Assembly: GCA_051008735.1 (NCBI GenBank)
Contig: JBPCXH010000146.1
Span: forward strand, 1-51,684
Reading direction: 5' to 3'
DNA from: Gammaproteobacteria bacterium
GTDB taxonomy: Bacteria; Pseudomonadota; Gammaproteobacteria; Steroidobacterales; GCA-2729495
DNA length: 51,684 bases
Part shown: positions 26,897-36,081 of the stretch, in pieces
Numbering within the stretch: the first letter of the stretch is position 1
Layout: every line of letters begins with the position of its first letter
Translations under genes and position numbers: made by a program
Notes under the pieces: model-generated
Seen by the model: the letters and a program-made list of their open reading frames with translations, nothing else
Databases searched by the model: none
Told to the model about the DNA's origin: nothing

Positions 26897-27137
26897 ACGT
26901 CTCTCCTTCGTTGGCGCGCCTACGGTTCAGGCGTAGCCTGAACCGGGACGATATGGACCATGTGTCCCTTAGGTCCACATTTTAAATCAATGAAATCAGT
27001 ATCTTAGGTCTGCAGACGACGTTTTGCCGTTCTTATTCTGCGATGCGGTCCACGGTCCTTAGAAACCGCTCGACGGAGCACCTCTAAACCGCCCGCCAGC
27101 TTAACATCCAGGGCGTTTATGAGCAATGAAAAAAGGC

Positions 27138-28685
27138 CTAGCCCGCCAGCGGAACAGCGTCAAACGCAATGCTGATGCGGGATTCAGCGCTGGTAAAGGG
27201 CAAGGTCCGATGCCAGAAGTAGGAAGGAAATATGACCAGTCCGTCGGGAACCGGCTGAACGGCCCGGGCAGGCGGCGGTGCCTGGCTGGCCAGGCGCTCG
27301 GGCAGGCAGCCGAACTCCAGCCAGCCCGCCTGGCTACCCGCGGCCTGCATGTCGGCCGGCAAACTCAGGTAATACACGCCGCTGACAAAGCCCAGGGGAT
27401 GCTGATGGGGCGCCTGGTGCCCGCCGGCATCAAGCACCGTGCCCCAGGCGCGCAAGGTCCAGCGCCCGGTGTCATAAGCCATAACCGGATGATTGCCCAG
27501 ACCTGCGGCGCGCCAGGCAACAAGAGTGGCCTGCACCGCCTCGTCAAACAGGCTGCCCAGGGCAATCAGGGCGGGTGAACTGCTCAGGTCCAGCTCCCCC
27601 GTCTGCCGCCCGCCGCGCGTGGCTTTGCTGGCCGGCTCGGCCAGCAGGGATTCATCGTTCAGCAAGATCTCAATCAGCGCGGCGCGAAATTCTTTTGCCT
27701 CCGCGAAACCTGCCGGCGTCGGCGGTTGATGAACCTGTATCAGGCGGTCCAGGTCAACGAGATCGTCAGCCTGCTCAGTCTGACCGGCATCCCGCAAGGC
27801 AATGGCCCGGGAGGCCAGCACCAGACGCTCACCCGGGTGGCGCTCAAGGAAGGCATCGCACAGCTGCAAAGCGGTGGCCGTGTCGCCGCCGACCGACAAC
27901 AGGTTTGCCAGATCCGCCGCTGCCCGGGCATTGTCAGGATTCTGCTCGCAAGCGCGGCGCAGCGCGCCGACAGCCGCCGTGGTCTCGCCCTGCGAGTTAT
28001 ACGCCTGACCCAGGTTTGTCCAGGCCATGTCATCTTCAGGATGTTTCCCGGTGGCCTGCTGTAAACACTCCACGGCTGCAGCGGCCTGCCCCAGACCCAG
28101 CAACACAGCGCCTTTGGCGGCGAGCAAATAAGGATGCCCGGCCGCGAGAGACAGGGCCGCCTCGCATTCGGCAAGAGCCTCTTCGCCCCGCCCGGCGTCC
28201 ATGAGCGTGCTGGCCAGATTACAGCGTACCTCCAGATCATTCGGCTGGCGCTGCAGCACCTCGCGGTGACAGTCAGCGGCCGCATGCAATCGGCCGCGGT
28301 ACTGCAACAGCGCGCCGAGATTCGCCCAGGCTCGCACCGAGTCAGCATCCAGCGCCAGGGCAGCGCGCAAAGCGATCTCGGCAGGCCCCAGCTCACCTTG
28401 GGCAAAACAGGCAAGCGCGAGTTCATTGAGGGGCGCCGCGTCGTCCGGCGCCGCTGCACAGGCGCGATCGAGCAAGTCCCGGGCACTCTGCGCATCACCC
28501 TGATCACGGGCCAAAGCCCCCGCCAGCCGGAGCGCCTGGGCATGTTCAGGCGACTGCTTCAACACCTGCTGGTACAACTGGGCAGCGATCTCAACAGCCC
28601 CGTCGCGGTGGGCAGCCATGGCCTCGTCGAGGAGTGTCTGGGTATCCGGGGCGGCAGGGTCCATGGTGCGATTGCTTTTAGTCAA
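27138..28685 (-). CDS. TPR-repeat protein with C-terminal 2OG-Fe(II) oxygenase-like domain (TIGR02466/PF13759-like)
   Basis: 515 aa with multiple TPR units in residues 15-300. The C-terminus has HQAPHQHPLGFVSGVYYL...LVIFPSYFWHRT..., matching the putative 2OG-Fe(II) oxygenase family. Confidence 0.8.
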   Translation of the reverse strand: MTKSNRTMDPAAPDTQTLLDEAMAAHRDGAVEIAAQLYQQVLKQSPEHAQALRLAGALARDQGDAQSARDLLDRACAAAPDDAAPLNELALACFAQGELGPAEIALRAALALDADSVRAWANLGALLQYRGRLHAAADCHREVLQRQPNDLEVRCNLASTLMDAGRGEEALAECEAALSLAAGHPYLLAAKGAVLLGLGQAAAAVECLQQATGKHPEDDMAWTNLGQAYNSQGETTAAVGALRRACEQNPDNARAAADLANLLSVGGDTATALQLCDAFLERHPGERLVLASRAIALRDAGQTEQADDLVDLDRLIQVHQPPTPAGFAEAKEFRAALIEILLNDESLLAEPASKATRGGRQTGELDLSSSPALIALGSLFDEAVQATLVAWRAAGLGNHPVMAYDTGRWTLRAWGTVLDAGGHQAPHQHPLGFVSGVYYLSLPADMQAAGSQAGWLEFGCLPERLASQAPPPARAVQPVPDGLVIFPSYFWHRTLPFTSAESRISIAFDAVPLAG

Positions 28686-28819
28686 AGGCCGGGGCGGCGG
28701 GTATTGCTATTCTACGAATTCGGCCACCCCAGCCCAGATCAAAGTGGTGTCGGGCGCCATTTTCTCCTATCTTTCCTCCCCCCAAGCGGCCGACCGTCGG
28801 CCTGCAGGAGACAAGCAGC

Positions 28820-29848
28820 GTGGATGTAGACCTGATTCTTGAACCCAACCTGAACCCCGGGCAGATCACCGAAATCGGCCAGGCGGCTGAAAAATATGGC
28901 ATTCGGGCCATCTGGACCTCGAATTATTTTGCCCACTGGGACCCCTTCATCAGCCTGATTTCCCTGGCGCAGTCCACGCAGCGCATCAAAATGGGCGCCC
29001 TGGCGGTGAGCCCCTTCGAAATGCATCCGTTGAAAATCGCCAACGCTGTGCTGACCCTTAACGAGATCAGTAACGGTCGCGCCCTGGTGGCGGTGGGTGC
29101 CGGCGAAGGCAACCTGGACGCGATGGATCTGAAGAAACCGAAAAAAGTGGTGCTGGCTATTCGCGAAGCCATCGAGATTGTTCAAGCAGCTGCCAGCGGC
29201 GGCCTGAAGACCGGTTATGACGGTGAGATCTACAATGTCAATCTGCCCTGCGCCTACGACTGGCTCAAGGCAACGCCACCGGCCGTGTACGGCACAGCCT
29301 ATCGCCCGATGATGATGCGCATGGAAGGCCGTATTGCGGACGGCTGCTTTGTCGGCTGCACGCCCCCTGAAATTGTCGAACCTGCAATGGAAAATGTGCG
29401 CACCGGACTGTCACGCCGTGATGACAAACCCGAAGACTTCCGCGTTAATACGTTCTGGGGCTGGCACATTAAGGCCGATCGTGAAGCCGCTTTTCGCGAA
29501 TCACGTCGCGAGTTACCGTGGCGCGCTCGCAAGCTGGACCCGGAACTGACCAGCCTGTACCTGGATGAAGACGAAGTGAAAATCGTTACGGACAATTTCC
29601 AGAATTATGTGGATGCTTACTTCACCCATTCCGATGATGTGAAAGGCGTTCCCCACGAAATCTCCAACAAGCTGGCAACCGGGCTTACCTCCACAGGCGG
29701 CCTGGAAGACCTGGACCGGGAACTGGAGCGCTTCAAGAAATTCGGCCGGGCCGGGCTGACGGAAATTGCGCTGCGACTGCACGGCGAACCCATGGATGGC
29801 CTGAAGATTATCGGCGAACGAGTCGTGCCCGAGCTGCGGGATATCTAG
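28820..29848 (+). CDS. Luciferase-like (LLM class) flavin/F420-dependent oxidoreductase
   Basis: 342 aa with a GTG start and a TIM-barrel LLM pattern (...NGRALVAVGAGE...). It resembles methylene-H4MPT reductase-like LLM proteins. Confidence 0.75.
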   Translation: MDVDLILEPNLNPGQITEIGQAAEKYGIRAIWTSNYFAHWDPFISLISLAQSTQRIKMGALAVSPFEMHPLKIANAVLTLNEISNGRALVAVGAGEGNLDAMDLKKPKKVVLAIREAIEIVQAAASGGLKTGYDGEIYNVNLPCAYDWLKATPPAVYGTAYRPMMMRMEGRIADGCFVGCTPPEIVEPAMENVRTGLSRRDDKPEDFRVNTFWGWHIKADREAAFRESRRELPWRARKLDPELTSLYLDEDEVKIVTDNFQNYVDAYFTHSDDVKGVPHEISNKLATGLTSTGGLEDLDRELERFKKFGRAGLTEIALRLHGEPMDGLKIIGERVVPELRDI

Positions 29849-29881
29849 CAATTGCCGGCTCGCGGCGGCCCTGCCCGTTCG

Positions 29882-31000
29882 CTAGCCGGTGATTAGCACT
29901 TTGCCAACATGCGCGGCACTGGCCAGGTACTCATAGGCCGCCAGGGTTTCCGCAAAGCTAAAGCGACGATCGATCTTTGGCTGCACATCGTTGGCATCGG
30001 CGGCGCGCAATAATTCCTCGAGCATGCGGCGGTTACCCGAGGTAATCCCCTTGAGTACCACGTTGCCGAGAATCAGCCCACCCAGGTCCGCGCCCTGTTC
30101 AGGTCGGCCACCCAGGGCGCCCAGCAGTCCTACCCGCGCATTCGGCGCACAACAAGACAGAGACTGGGTCAGAGTCGCCAGGCCCACCGTCTCCACGACG
30201 ATATCAACGCCACGACCACCGGTCGCGGCGCGTACCGCGTCAGCCCAATCGGGATTACTCCGGTAGTTCACCGTGATGTCGGCGCCCAGCTCCCGAGCAA
30301 TCGAAAGCTTCTCGTCGCTGGATGAGGTAATGGCAACGCGCGCGCCGGCCATGGTGGCGATCTGCAAAGCCAGCATGGAGACGCCACCGGTGCCCAGGGT
30401 CAGAATGGTATCGCCGGGCTTGATCTGACCCAGGGTCTGCAACACGGTCCAGGCCGTGATGCCCGCCGCACCCCAGGCAGCAGCCGCTTCAAAACTCATG
30501 CTGTCGGGCAAAATCACCAGGGCATTGGCCGGCAACAAAATGTACTCACTGAACCAACCGTCCCGGGAACTGCCCAGGTCGGCCATGAACACGCCGGGAT
30601 CAAATTCACCATCGACCCAGCTGACAAAATGCGGCGCCGTGACTCGGGCCCCCGGCTCAATGCCGTTCACGCCTTCGCCCAGGGCAACAACCTCACCAGC
30701 GCCATCACCACCGGGTATTCGGCTAAGAGGTTTTTTCGGGCCATAACGACCCTTTGCGATGGTGAGATCACGGTGATTTAACGCGGCCGCGCGGACCCGC
30801 ACCAGGACCTCGCCTGGCGGGACGAGAGGTGCCTGACGACGAACTTTGCGCAGGGCTGCCAGGCCCGTTTGCTCGCCGAGCTCGAAACAATCAAAAGGCT
30901 GGGCAACACTCATGGGCTCTCCCTGGGTTAATCCGGGTGCAGCGGCCAGTGACAATCCGGCCGCCAGGGCAGATCGCCGCGTGATGGAAACTTCGGACAT
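29882..31000 (-). CDS. Medium-chain (zinc-type) dehydrogenase/quinone oxidoreductase family protein with Tat signal
   Basis: 372 aa with AAGGGGA upstream of the ATG. The N-terminus MSEVSITRRSALAAGLSLAAAPG matches the Tat consensus. The MDR body has the nucleotide-binding motif GTGGVSMLALQ. Confidence 0.8.
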   Translation of the reverse strand: MSEVSITRRSALAAGLSLAAAPGLTQGEPMSVAQPFDCFELGEQTGLAALRKVRRQAPLVPPGEVLVRVRAAALNHRDLTIAKGRYGPKKPLSRIPGGDGAGEVVALGEGVNGIEPGARVTAPHFVSWVDGEFDPGVFMADLGSSRDGWFSEYILLPANALVILPDSMSFEAAAAWGAAGITAWTVLQTLGQIKPGDTILTLGTGGVSMLALQIATMAGARVAITSSSDEKLSIARELGADITVNYRSNPDWADAVRAATGGRGVDIVVETVGLATLTQSLSCCAPNARVGLLGALGGRPEQGADLGGLILGNVVLKGITSGNRRMLEELLRAADANDVQPKIDRRFSFAETLAAYEYLASAAHVGKVLITG

Positions 31001-31258
31001 ACGGCTTCCCCTTGGCTAAAAGCTGATTCTATACACAAGCTCGTCCGCTCCCGAGAAGCATGCATTAGCGAGTTGCAACTCAGTCAGTCAGCAAGCAGGT
31101 CGGGAACGCTCTTGCCCGGACCAATAGCCGCTTGGCGCATTTCCGTGGCCCGGAGCCTGCAAAGAAAGATTGAGTTGCCCGGGCAAAAAACCGGACTGCT
31201 GACTCTGGAATGAGGGGTCGGGCCAGAAACTGGCCCGACCACCCAAAAATGAAAGGTT

Positions 31259-31543
31259 TTAGCCTTTTTCGTTCAGGATCTTGGCCACTTCAGCAATATC
31301 GGCATCGCTGGCGCCTTCCATGACGGCGGGGTGACTGGTTCCACCAGCGCCAATCGCCTTGATTTTACCGGCGATGGCGTCGGCACCCCCGCCCTTCAGG
31401 CTCATACCCATGCTCTCATGGCACTGAATACAGGTTTCCGCCTTGGCGATATCAGCACCAACATCCGCACCTGAGTGGCCGCCCGCGAAACTGGCGCCGG
31501 CAAAACTCAACAAAGCACCGGCAATCAGGATAATTTTTGTCAT
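31259..31543 (-). CDS. Small periplasmic mono-haem c-type cytochrome
   Basis: 94 aa with the signal peptide MTKIILIAGALLSFAGASFA, a single CIQCH haem-binding motif and a later Met (HPAVM) as candidate sixth ligand. Confidence 0.8.
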   Translation of the reverse strand: MTKIILIAGALLSFAGASFAGGHSGADVGADIAKAETCIQCHESMGMSLKGGGADAIAGKIKAIGAGGTSHPAVMEGASDADIAEVAKILNEKG

Positions 31544-31648
31544 TACATTTCCCCTTGGTGAAGCCGCGCAGGAGCTATGCCGCCCCGTGCACTGATGGCA
31601 CTGAGAGTAGCCAAAGCACCAGGCCGGGTAAAGCGGCGGCCAGGCACC

Positions 31649-32572
31649 CTACTGACCCGCCTGGAAGGCCTTGCAGATATCCGAAGCACTGGCCGACCAG
31701 ACACCGTCCTGGCTCGTTATATGGGCTAAAACCTCTTCCAGCTTGCCGATGCGGTGCGGCTGACCCAGCATCCACGGATGAATCGACAGGGCCAGCATGC
31801 GCCCGCCCTGTTCGCCGGCTTCCGCGTACAGGTAATCAAAGGCATCTTTGATTTGATCCGCGTACTCACTCTCGGAATGAAGATTCGCGTGCATGATGAA
31901 GCGGTCTTCGAGCTCCGTGGACAAGGGCATGGCCGTGATGTCGCCGGCTGAAGTCCTGAAGTTGTAGGGCAGCTCATCATTGATCCAGTCACACATGTAT
32001 TGCACACCGTTCTCGACCAGCAATTCCGGTGTATTTTCGCTTTGTGATTTGGATGGGCTAAGCCAGCCGGTTACCGGCTGACCGGTAGCATCACGAAGCG
32101 TCTGCAATGAGCGACGGACCAGCTCAGCTTCCTCGTCACGATCCATGCCACCGTAATGAGGCGCATCCATATGCCAGCCATGGCCAATGATCTCGTCACC
32201 GCGCGCCACCAGCTTGTTGATCAGGTAGGGATAGCGCTCAGCCAGGCGCGCCGATATCGCGAAAGTTGGCTTCACCTCGTAGCGATCAAAAGCCTTCAGG
32301 CAACGAAAAATACCCACCCGATTGCCGTACTCCCGCAGGGTGTAGTGGCGCAGATCAGGGTACGCGGTGGTCATTCCCGCTACCGGAGCAAAAGGCTTGC
32401 CGCTCTGATTGAGAGGAAAGTACTGCAAGGAAACGTTCACCCACAGAGCCAGGCGCTTGCCGCCTGGCCAGGTCACGGGCTTGCGATCAGCCAGCATGGA
32501 CCAGTCGTAGCGATCATGATCCATGCCATAACTGCGGTGGGGATACTCAAGATAGCTGGGATCCAGGGCCAT
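31649..32572 (-). CDS. Polysaccharide deacetylase (carbohydrate esterase 4 / PuuE-like) family protein
   Basis: 307 aa and a paralog of the upstream gene. Shared pattern: ...W.N....F.......YG.R.G..R......Y......F......L....P.....I...G.E...HG. The start overlaps the upstream stop by 1 nt. Confidence 0.75.
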   Translation of the reverse strand: MALDPSYLEYPHRSYGMDHDRYDWSMLADRKPVTWPGGKRLALWVNVSLQYFPLNQSGKPFAPVAGMTTAYPDLRHYTLREYGNRVGIFRCLKAFDRYEVKPTFAISARLAERYPYLINKLVARGDEIIGHGWHMDAPHYGGMDRDEEAELVRRSLQTLRDATGQPVTGWLSPSKSQSENTPELLVENGVQYMCDWINDELPYNFRTSAGDITAMPLSTELEDRFIMHANLHSESEYADQIKDAFDYLYAEAGEQGGRMLALSIHPWMLGQPHRIGKLEEVLAHITSQDGVWSASASDICKAFQAGQ

Positions 32573-33489
32573 CAGGCTGCTCCTTTCGCGGTGATGTCGG
32601 CCACCGCCTCGTCATAACAATTCTCGATGTAATGCTCGGCAATCTCGCGGCCGGTGGTCACCCACACATCCGAATGGCCCGTGATGTACTCCAGGGCTTC
32701 TTCAAAAGCCTTGATCCGGTGTGGATGACTGACCTGGTAACCGTGCAGCGGAATACACATAACGTTGCCGTTATCTTTTCCTTCCGCATAGAGGCGATCG
32801 AAGTTGGCCTTGATCATTTCACCGTAGCGCCGCGGCTCAATCTTGTTGACTACGTAGCCGATGGTGTCATTCATCTCCAGCGAATACGGCACGGAGATAA
32901 ATTTCTTGCCCGATCGCACATGGACCGGGGTCGGCTGATCATCGTGGAACAGATCGCAGGTATAAATGCCGCCCGCTTCAGCAAACAGATCCATGGTGAC
33001 GTCGGAATGAGTCAGGGCCGGTGCCAGATAACCGGCGCAGTCCTGCCCCGTGTGCTTACGGATGGTCTCCACCGCGTCTTCAATCATGGCGCGTTCCTGA
33101 TCTTCACTCATGCCGTAGGTGTAACGAGTGTTGTAGATGCCATGACTGAAAAACTCCCAGTCGCGCTCCTTACACATCTGGATGATCTCCGGATGGTGAT
33201 CACACAAGGCAGTGGATAGCGAAATCGAGCCGCGCACACCGTACTTGTCGAGGGTGTGCATCAGTCGCATGTGACCGACGCGATTGCCGTAGTCCCGGGT
33301 CCCATAGCCGTTGATATCAGGCACCGGACGTGGCCAGGCTTTGCGATGGGGATTTACCGCCGGATCCAGTTCATAGAACTCGATATTAGGTGCCACCCAG
33401 AAGGCCACGCGAGCACCGTCAGGCCAGGTGATCTTCGGGCGATCTTCATAGGGCCAGTAATCGTACAGACCGGGATCTTCTTTCATCAT
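32572..33489 (-). CDS. Polysaccharide deacetylase (PuuE-like) family protein
   Basis: 305 aa with YGTRDYGNRVGHMRLMHTLDKYGVRGSISLSTAL...WEFFSHG. It is colinear with the downstream paralog. Confidence 0.75.
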   Translation of the reverse strand: MMKEDPGLYDYWPYEDRPKITWPDGARVAFWVAPNIEFYELDPAVNPHRKAWPRPVPDINGYGTRDYGNRVGHMRLMHTLDKYGVRGSISLSTALCDHHPEIIQMCKERDWEFFSHGIYNTRYTYGMSEDQERAMIEDAVETIRKHTGQDCAGYLAPALTHSDVTMDLFAEAGGIYTCDLFHDDQPTPVHVRSGKKFISVPYSLEMNDTIGYVVNKIEPRRYGEMIKANFDRLYAEGKDNGNVMCIPLHGYQVSHPHRIKAFEEALEYITGHSDVWVTTGREIAEHYIENCYDEAVADITAKGAA

Positions 33490-33565
33490 TCTTCTCTCAG
33501 GGTGGCGGGCACCCTTTCAATGGAGGTTTAGGCCTGCAGCGCCAGACCCCGTCTTCCTTCTTTGT

Positions 33566-34279
33566 CTAGAACGAGCAACCCCGGGCCTGGCGAATGGGCT
33601 CGCAACCCGGATGCTGCTCGAACCAGTCTTTCACGCTGGCCACTGACTCAACATCTGCGTATTTGAGCATGATGTCGCAAAGATTCGCGTAATGGGGAAT
33701 CTCGTGTTTGTCGGCCACAGCTTCTTCGGGAACGATCGTACGGTAACCCGTCGACAGGGAAGCCACGGCGCTGGCGCGCACACACCCGGAGGTACTTCCA
33801 CCTGTCAGAATCACCGTATCCACCTTATGCCAGACCAGCAGGGAGGGAATCAGGGTGTCGTGAAAGACGCTGGCCATGCGCTTGTTCAGAATGGCATCAC
33901 GCTCATGATCAATCTGCAGGCGCGGGTCCAGCTCAGAGCGTGGATCCCCGACCTTGATGTTCTGCAGAGAATCCGGCGTATTGGTGCGGGTACCCCACGC
34001 GCCGGCATCGTCAGCATTATTCATATAAGCAACATAGGTCCAGATAACCGGCATGTTTTTGGCACGCGCCAGCGCCGACAGTTCGTTGATGTAATCGATC
34101 TGCTTAGGATCCGTCTGGTACGCGGTCTTGAAGCTGTCCATATCGGTATAGGCGCGCTGGCAATCGATGTTGATGATGGCGGCTTTCTCGCCGAAGCCAA
34201 ACTTCGCGCGGTTCGGGTTGGCCTTCACCTCCGCCCAGTACTGGCGCGGGGTCAGGTCAGAAGTCTGCATCACGGGCAT
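33566..34279 (-). CDS. Isochorismatase-family cysteine hydrolase
   Basis: The internal ATG at 34279 has AGGAAGG upstream (MPVMQTSDL...). It has AIINIDCQRAY (catalytic Asp region) and LTGGSTSGCVRAS (catalytic Cys). The longer ORF-track form would overlap the upstream SBP gene by about 100 nt. Confidence 0.85.
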   Translation of the reverse strand: MPVMQTSDLTPRQYWAEVKANPNRAKFGFGEKAAIINIDCQRAYTDMDSFKTAYQTDPKQIDYINELSALARAKNMPVIWTYVAYMNNADDAGAWGTRTNTPDSLQNIKVGDPRSELDPRLQIDHERDAILNKRMASVFHDTLIPSLLVWHKVDTVILTGGSTSGCVRASAVASLSTGYRTIVPEEAVADKHEIPHYANLCDIMLKYADVESVASVKDWFEQHPGCEPIRQARGCSF

Positions 34280-34374
34280 GGGGCCTTCCTTTGATCTGAA
34301 GTCAATATTTGAGGCGCAGAATAGTAGCAGGCCCTCCCCAGTCTTGCGGAACGACAGCTGGCGGGCCGGGCCCC

Positions 34375-35943
34375 TTAATCCAGGCTCAGGTAGCGCGTGG
34401 GCGGCGTTCCCAGGGGCGCGTCGATCCAGCCCTGTACGCGTTCTGAGACCAGGACCTTGCCAACATACCAATAGACCGGGAGCAAGGGTTGGTCCGCCAT
34501 CAGCATGGCCTCCGCCTCGCCGAGCATCTGCAGGCGCGCCTCCGGATCGCGATTCTCATTGGCGTTGGCCAGCAAGTCGTCATAAGCCGGATTCTGATAC
34601 CCGGAACGATTATCCGTGCTGTCACTTTTCAGCTTCTGCAGAAAAGCGAAAGGATCGTCGAACACCGCAAAAACGGCCGATCGTGCGACCGCGTAATCTT
34701 TTGCTCGTAAGCGACCAAACAAAGCTCTTCCTTCCAGGCTATCCAGTTCAGTCTCCACACCAATATCCCGCCACATTGCAGCGATTGCCACCATGATCTT
34801 GCGATTCTCTTCCTGGGTGTCATAAATCACCGGCACCGTCAGCCGCTTGCCGGCATCAAAACCCGCAGCCGCCAGCAATTGACGGGCTTCGGACTGCCGC
34901 TGCGCCATGCTCAGAGAAATTTCAGGTGGCTGGTAGCCCGCATAGCCACCCACACCGGGCGTTACCAGGGACGGCGCCGGACGCACATTGCCCCCGAGCA
35001 CCTGCATTGCCATCACCTCGCGATCAACGGCCAGACTCAGCGCGCGGCGCACGCGCACATCATCGAACGGTGGCCGATTGACGTTGAAGGACAAGATATA
35101 GGTCGCCTGGATTGGGTTCACGTGCAAGGCCTTCGGCATGTTCTCGCGAATCCAGCCCAGCTGATCGGGCGGTGCCATGAGAACGGTATCCAGATCACCG
35201 GCACGAAACTGGCGAAAGGCGGAGCCCAGATCCTGGACCGGTCGCCAGTACACCTCGTCGATGGCGACTTGATCAGCGGCGAAGTACAAGGGGTTACGCA
35301 CCAAGCGCATGTGACTCTGTGGAACACGCTCCTGCAACGTGTAAGCCCCGTTGGAGACCATCAAGCCAGCCTGGGTCCAGTCACGACCGTGCTTCTCGAT
35401 GGCGTGTCGTGGCACTGGAATACCCTGGCTATTCGCGAGCAGTTGAATGAAATAGGGAGCGGGTCGTTCCAGCTCAATCACGACGGTGCGCTCGTCGGGC
35501 GCCGAAACGCCCAGACTGCCGGGAGGAGCCTGTTTGCGAGCGACCGCCTGAGCACCCTTGATAATGAAAAACAGACCGGCCGCCGGTGCTGCTGTAGCAG
35601 GGTCCACCAGCCGTTGCAGGGAATACACAAAATCATTTGCCGTTAAGGCCTTGCCATCAGACCACTGCAAGCCGTCGCGCAACATGAAGGTGTAAGTCAG
35701 ACCGTCGTCACTGACCGTCCAGGACTCAGCGCAACCGGGCACCGGATAGCCGGTGTTGCCACGCCCGACCAACCCTTCCACCAGGTCGGAAAGAATCGGA
35801 CCGGCGGCCGTGGCTGTGCCGCGATTCGGATCCAAACTGGGCGGATCAAAGGCCGCACCGCGCTGAATTACCGTCGGATCAGCGGTCGCCAGGTGACTCA
35901 GGCCAAGGCAGGCCAGACAAAGTAACTGCAGACAAAACTTCAT
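34375..35943 (-). CDS. ABC transporter substrate-binding protein, family 5 (peptide/nickel/opine type), orphan
   Basis: 522 aa with the signal peptide MKFCLQLLCLACLGLSHLATA and the typical SBP_bac_5 layout. No permease or ATPase genes are nearby. Confidence 0.85.
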   Translation of the reverse strand: MKFCLQLLCLACLGLSHLATADPTVIQRGAAFDPPSLDPNRGTATAAGPILSDLVEGLVGRGNTGYPVPGCAESWTVSDDGLTYTFMLRDGLQWSDGKALTANDFVYSLQRLVDPATAAPAAGLFFIIKGAQAVARKQAPPGSLGVSAPDERTVVIELERPAPYFIQLLANSQGIPVPRHAIEKHGRDWTQAGLMVSNGAYTLQERVPQSHMRLVRNPLYFAADQVAIDEVYWRPVQDLGSAFRQFRAGDLDTVLMAPPDQLGWIRENMPKALHVNPIQATYILSFNVNRPPFDDVRVRRALSLAVDREVMAMQVLGGNVRPAPSLVTPGVGGYAGYQPPEISLSMAQRQSEARQLLAAAGFDAGKRLTVPVIYDTQEENRKIMVAIAAMWRDIGVETELDSLEGRALFGRLRAKDYAVARSAVFAVFDDPFAFLQKLKSDSTDNRSGYQNPAYDDLLANANENRDPEARLQMLGEAEAMLMADQPLLPVYWYVGKVLVSERVQGWIDAPLGTPPTRYLSLD

Positions 35944-36081
35944 GGTTATTCCCTATCAAGCCGCCGGCCTATTGACCCCGACGGTGAAGCAATCCTAGGA
36001 TAGCGACACGGTGTCCGCAAGTTTTCCCGCCCTGACCGGACCCGCCTGCCACCCGGGGCCAACACCATCGGGAGACGGTGC

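Noticed and set aside
31216-31240. 11-bp perfect hairpin ggtcgggccag-aaa-ctggcccgacc downstream of the cytochrome c gene as a canonical intrinsic terminator. The same question applies to the 7-bp hairpin at 26553-26572 after the small basic protein gene.
   Set aside because: Neither orientation places a U tract after the stem. They may still be RNA-stabilising or Rho-assisting structures, but I did not list them as terminators.
34280-34471. 64-codon extension of the isochorismatase-family ORF (301-aa version).
   Set aside because: It would overlap the 3' end of the upstream SBP gene by about 100 nt. The ATG at 34279 has an AGGAAGG site and gives a family-typical N-terminus.
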